From contig CAZQKP010000001.1 in the NCBI GenBank assembly GCA_964594005.1, forward strand, positions 1 through 40,638: a DNA stretch of 40,638 nt, read 5' to 3'. Under the pieces are notes generated by a model that saw only the letters and a list, made by a program, of their open reading frames with translations, was not told where the DNA came from and searched no databases. Positions 40,101-40,638 of this stretch are shown one piece after another (positions within the stretch are counted from its first letter, which is position 1; each line of letters begins with the position of its first letter). The translations under genes were made by a program, and so were the position numbers. Origin of the DNA: an uncultured Candidatus Saccharibacteria bacterium (lineage in GTDB: Bacteria; Patescibacteriota; Minisyncoccia; Phycocordibacterales; DATDWN01).

Positions 40101-40638
40101 GGGGATTATTCTCTACCGCATCTTCTACTTTCTCTTCTTCACTCTATCTCTCGTCCCTGTCTCAAGGTTTTGCTTACACTGGATCAAATGGACAAGTAAA
40201 TACGATTGCATCATCGTCGATTAAACTTTCTTGGTTTAATAATGATGCAGGTTTTAGCCAGGATGAATTTACTCATCCTGCAGCAAGTCAAAGTGCCACA
40301 ACTTCTTTGGTGCTTCTTAATGGTAATGCTTCTTCCACTGGCATTTCAGCTAACTACGGATATTTTGGAGGAACAGGCACAACTACAATTGATTCAGTTG
40401 GCAGAATCACATTTGCATATTCATCATCAACTGCATACTCATCGTTTGTAAATTCATCTTCAACTAATGGATTTGCAGGGACATTAACTTTGGGAACACT
40501 AAGTGGTCCACTCCAAGCAGTCAATGGATTGGTCTCTGCTTCGTCTACTCTCTCAGTAAACGTTGGTGGCACAGGCTGGGGAAATATTCAGGCGAACACA
40601 ATTCTTCTTGGCAATGGAACTCAGAGACTTTCAACAAC
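37121..40638 (+). CDS. Giant repetitive surface protein with N-terminal excisionase-type HTH and one TM helix; open at the window end (at least 1172 codons)
   Basis: I translated frame 2 by hand from the ATG at 37121 to 40638 and found no stop. N-terminus KYIPAKEASALTGYSKDYIGQLCRNKKVLAKRVGHTWYVCEESIREY (HTH_17-like); TM ILPITLALIFTLGLVSL; then Ser/Thr/Gly/Asn-rich repeats. Not in the supplied track, presumably because no stop falls inside the window. Confidence 0.8.
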   Translation, partial: MGSDLFFDSKKYIPAKEASALTGYSKDYIGQLCRNKKVLAKRVGHTWYVCEESIREYKDSPTSYDFSKNFYGKLTQDISTGAQTRQEYKPIKLEFPEKKLFPKTSQFIHEFLFAYDFSLGAKILPITLALIFTLGLVSLKDRVFSFREGVREVKNSFNQVSSNFSANGVTIADVSEKINTSPYDLYNSTDGLLDSYAGKLSGTYLSLGNVLNTVSFSFVNQTFLALKNPPAYILGTLEKLSLSDKKFTDKTISGITSSLSTNSTKVLAFVSDTLGGASYANNYFLDRTKNLTAAVATAASDELNPVDHSGLVVYRTINNFFQNSIYLPLASLFNSSPNIVNTTYVATTQSQTKNIPKVVAQNTTSSQPTRIVNTTNVVERIIERPADYAVTKTELEARLQEFNNSIMSKFYSLSTGSGGSVTNIYQEIAGSQRIDQLSGTVITNPSISGGSINNTAVNATSLSVSNTSTSTFAGGIAVTGGCVSVNGTCLGTGGGGGGTPGGNNTDVQFNNGGTLGGSDNFVFDNTNGRVGIGTTSPYAPLSVSGKVVADNFVATSTTATSTFSGGLSIIGGLDLNSGYIFGGGLSSCSGIADKLIWNSTTGKFGCGTDAGAGGGITNLGSGYASTTGSTIAFSTTTTSFNGLTFGQNIVPTASALTFTPTVSGTLTVPGGGTGWSNIQAGTVLLGNGSGSLSTTSAGINGQVLALVSGTPTWVATTTAGTGLSYNGTSFNVNTTQNISNLSNLSSNGVVYTAGGNGTLNTQGTSTPTIGASLSYSGTVGYFLGGSSGTLSLNTGNANNWTALQTFLNSSSTLLSAYTAYFGSSGTTTITSTGAIGIGTSSPYAPLSVVGQIVASYFTATTTATSTFPTLLATNATTSRLAITGITGALLKTDSNGNIIPATAGSDYANFTFPFTVNTGYNSTSTAIGFNGLFSTASSTFSSNLYLSNLSQGYTYLGSNGLVQTVSTSTIAAQVFPFTSNSGYNSTSTTLGLTGGLFSTASSTFSSSLYLSSLSQGFAYTGSNGQVNTIASSSIKLSWFNNDAGFSQDEFTHPAASQSATTSLVLLNGNASSTGISANYGYFGGTGTTTIDSVGRITFAYSSSTAYSSFVNSSSTNGFAGTLTLGTLSGPLQAVNGLVSASSTLSVNVGGTGWGNIQANTILLGNGTQRLST

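Noticed and set aside
1-40638. CRISPR arrays, rRNA genes, tRNA genes, integrases and recognisable defence systems (restriction-modification, toxin-antitoxin, CBASS, retron and similar).
   Set aside because: I saw no regularly spaced direct repeats. No rRNA-like or cloverleaf-compatible sequence turned up in the intergenic spaces I read. No ORF carries RT, nuclease-NTPase or integrase motifs. This was a by-eye scan only; tRNAscan-SE, Infernal and DefenseFinder should confirm it.

Overview
The window reads as two compositionally different pieces. Positions about 1850-40638 are AT-rich, tightly packed and mostly housekeeping. By inference they look like a small-genome CPR/Patescibacteria-type bacterium caught around its replication origin (rpmH-rnpA-yidC on the minus strand, diverging from dnaA-dnaN). 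Confident genes here are rpsO, comM/yifB, an M23/LysM peptidase, pcrA/uvrD, rsmA, a UbiA-family prenyltransferase fusion, a class A PBP, tyrS, obg and gatB. Four things stand out. (1) A 12-gene, same-strand, translationally coupled T4SS-like envelope cluster (12994-25146) has a VirB4 ATPase, a TrbL/VirB6-like protein, a PrgI/VirB3-like protein and a pilin fused to a putative LAS/M15-like peptidase domain. No relaxase, coupling protein or integrase is visible, and the cluster abuts the origin. (2) dnaA is broken by two in-frame TAA codons (27045 and 27093) that sit at conserved hydrophobic/Tyr positions inside the AAA+ domain. The rest of the gene looks intact. (3) An open-ended ORF of at least 1172 codons (37121 to the window end) is absent from the supplied ORF track. 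It encodes an excisionase-type HTH, one TM helix and a huge repetitive Ser/Thr/Gly/Asn-rich ectodomain, and it lies next to mobile-element debris (a MerR/IS607-like HTH gene and a truncated IS30-type N-terminus). (4) The left 1.85 kb is GC-rich, has almost no credible ORFs and is dense in perfect hairpins. It ends in a partial collagen-like (G-X-Y) gene with a homopolymer frameshift, so it is either foreign DNA or an assembly chimera. Two orphan GC-rich structured-RNA candidates with near-consensus promoters lie at about 2013-2320 and 4285-4438. I also recovered rpmH (47 aa), which falls below the ORF-track size cutoff. I saw no rRNA, tRNA or CRISPR array. All family assignments come from motif recognition by eye; no searches were run.
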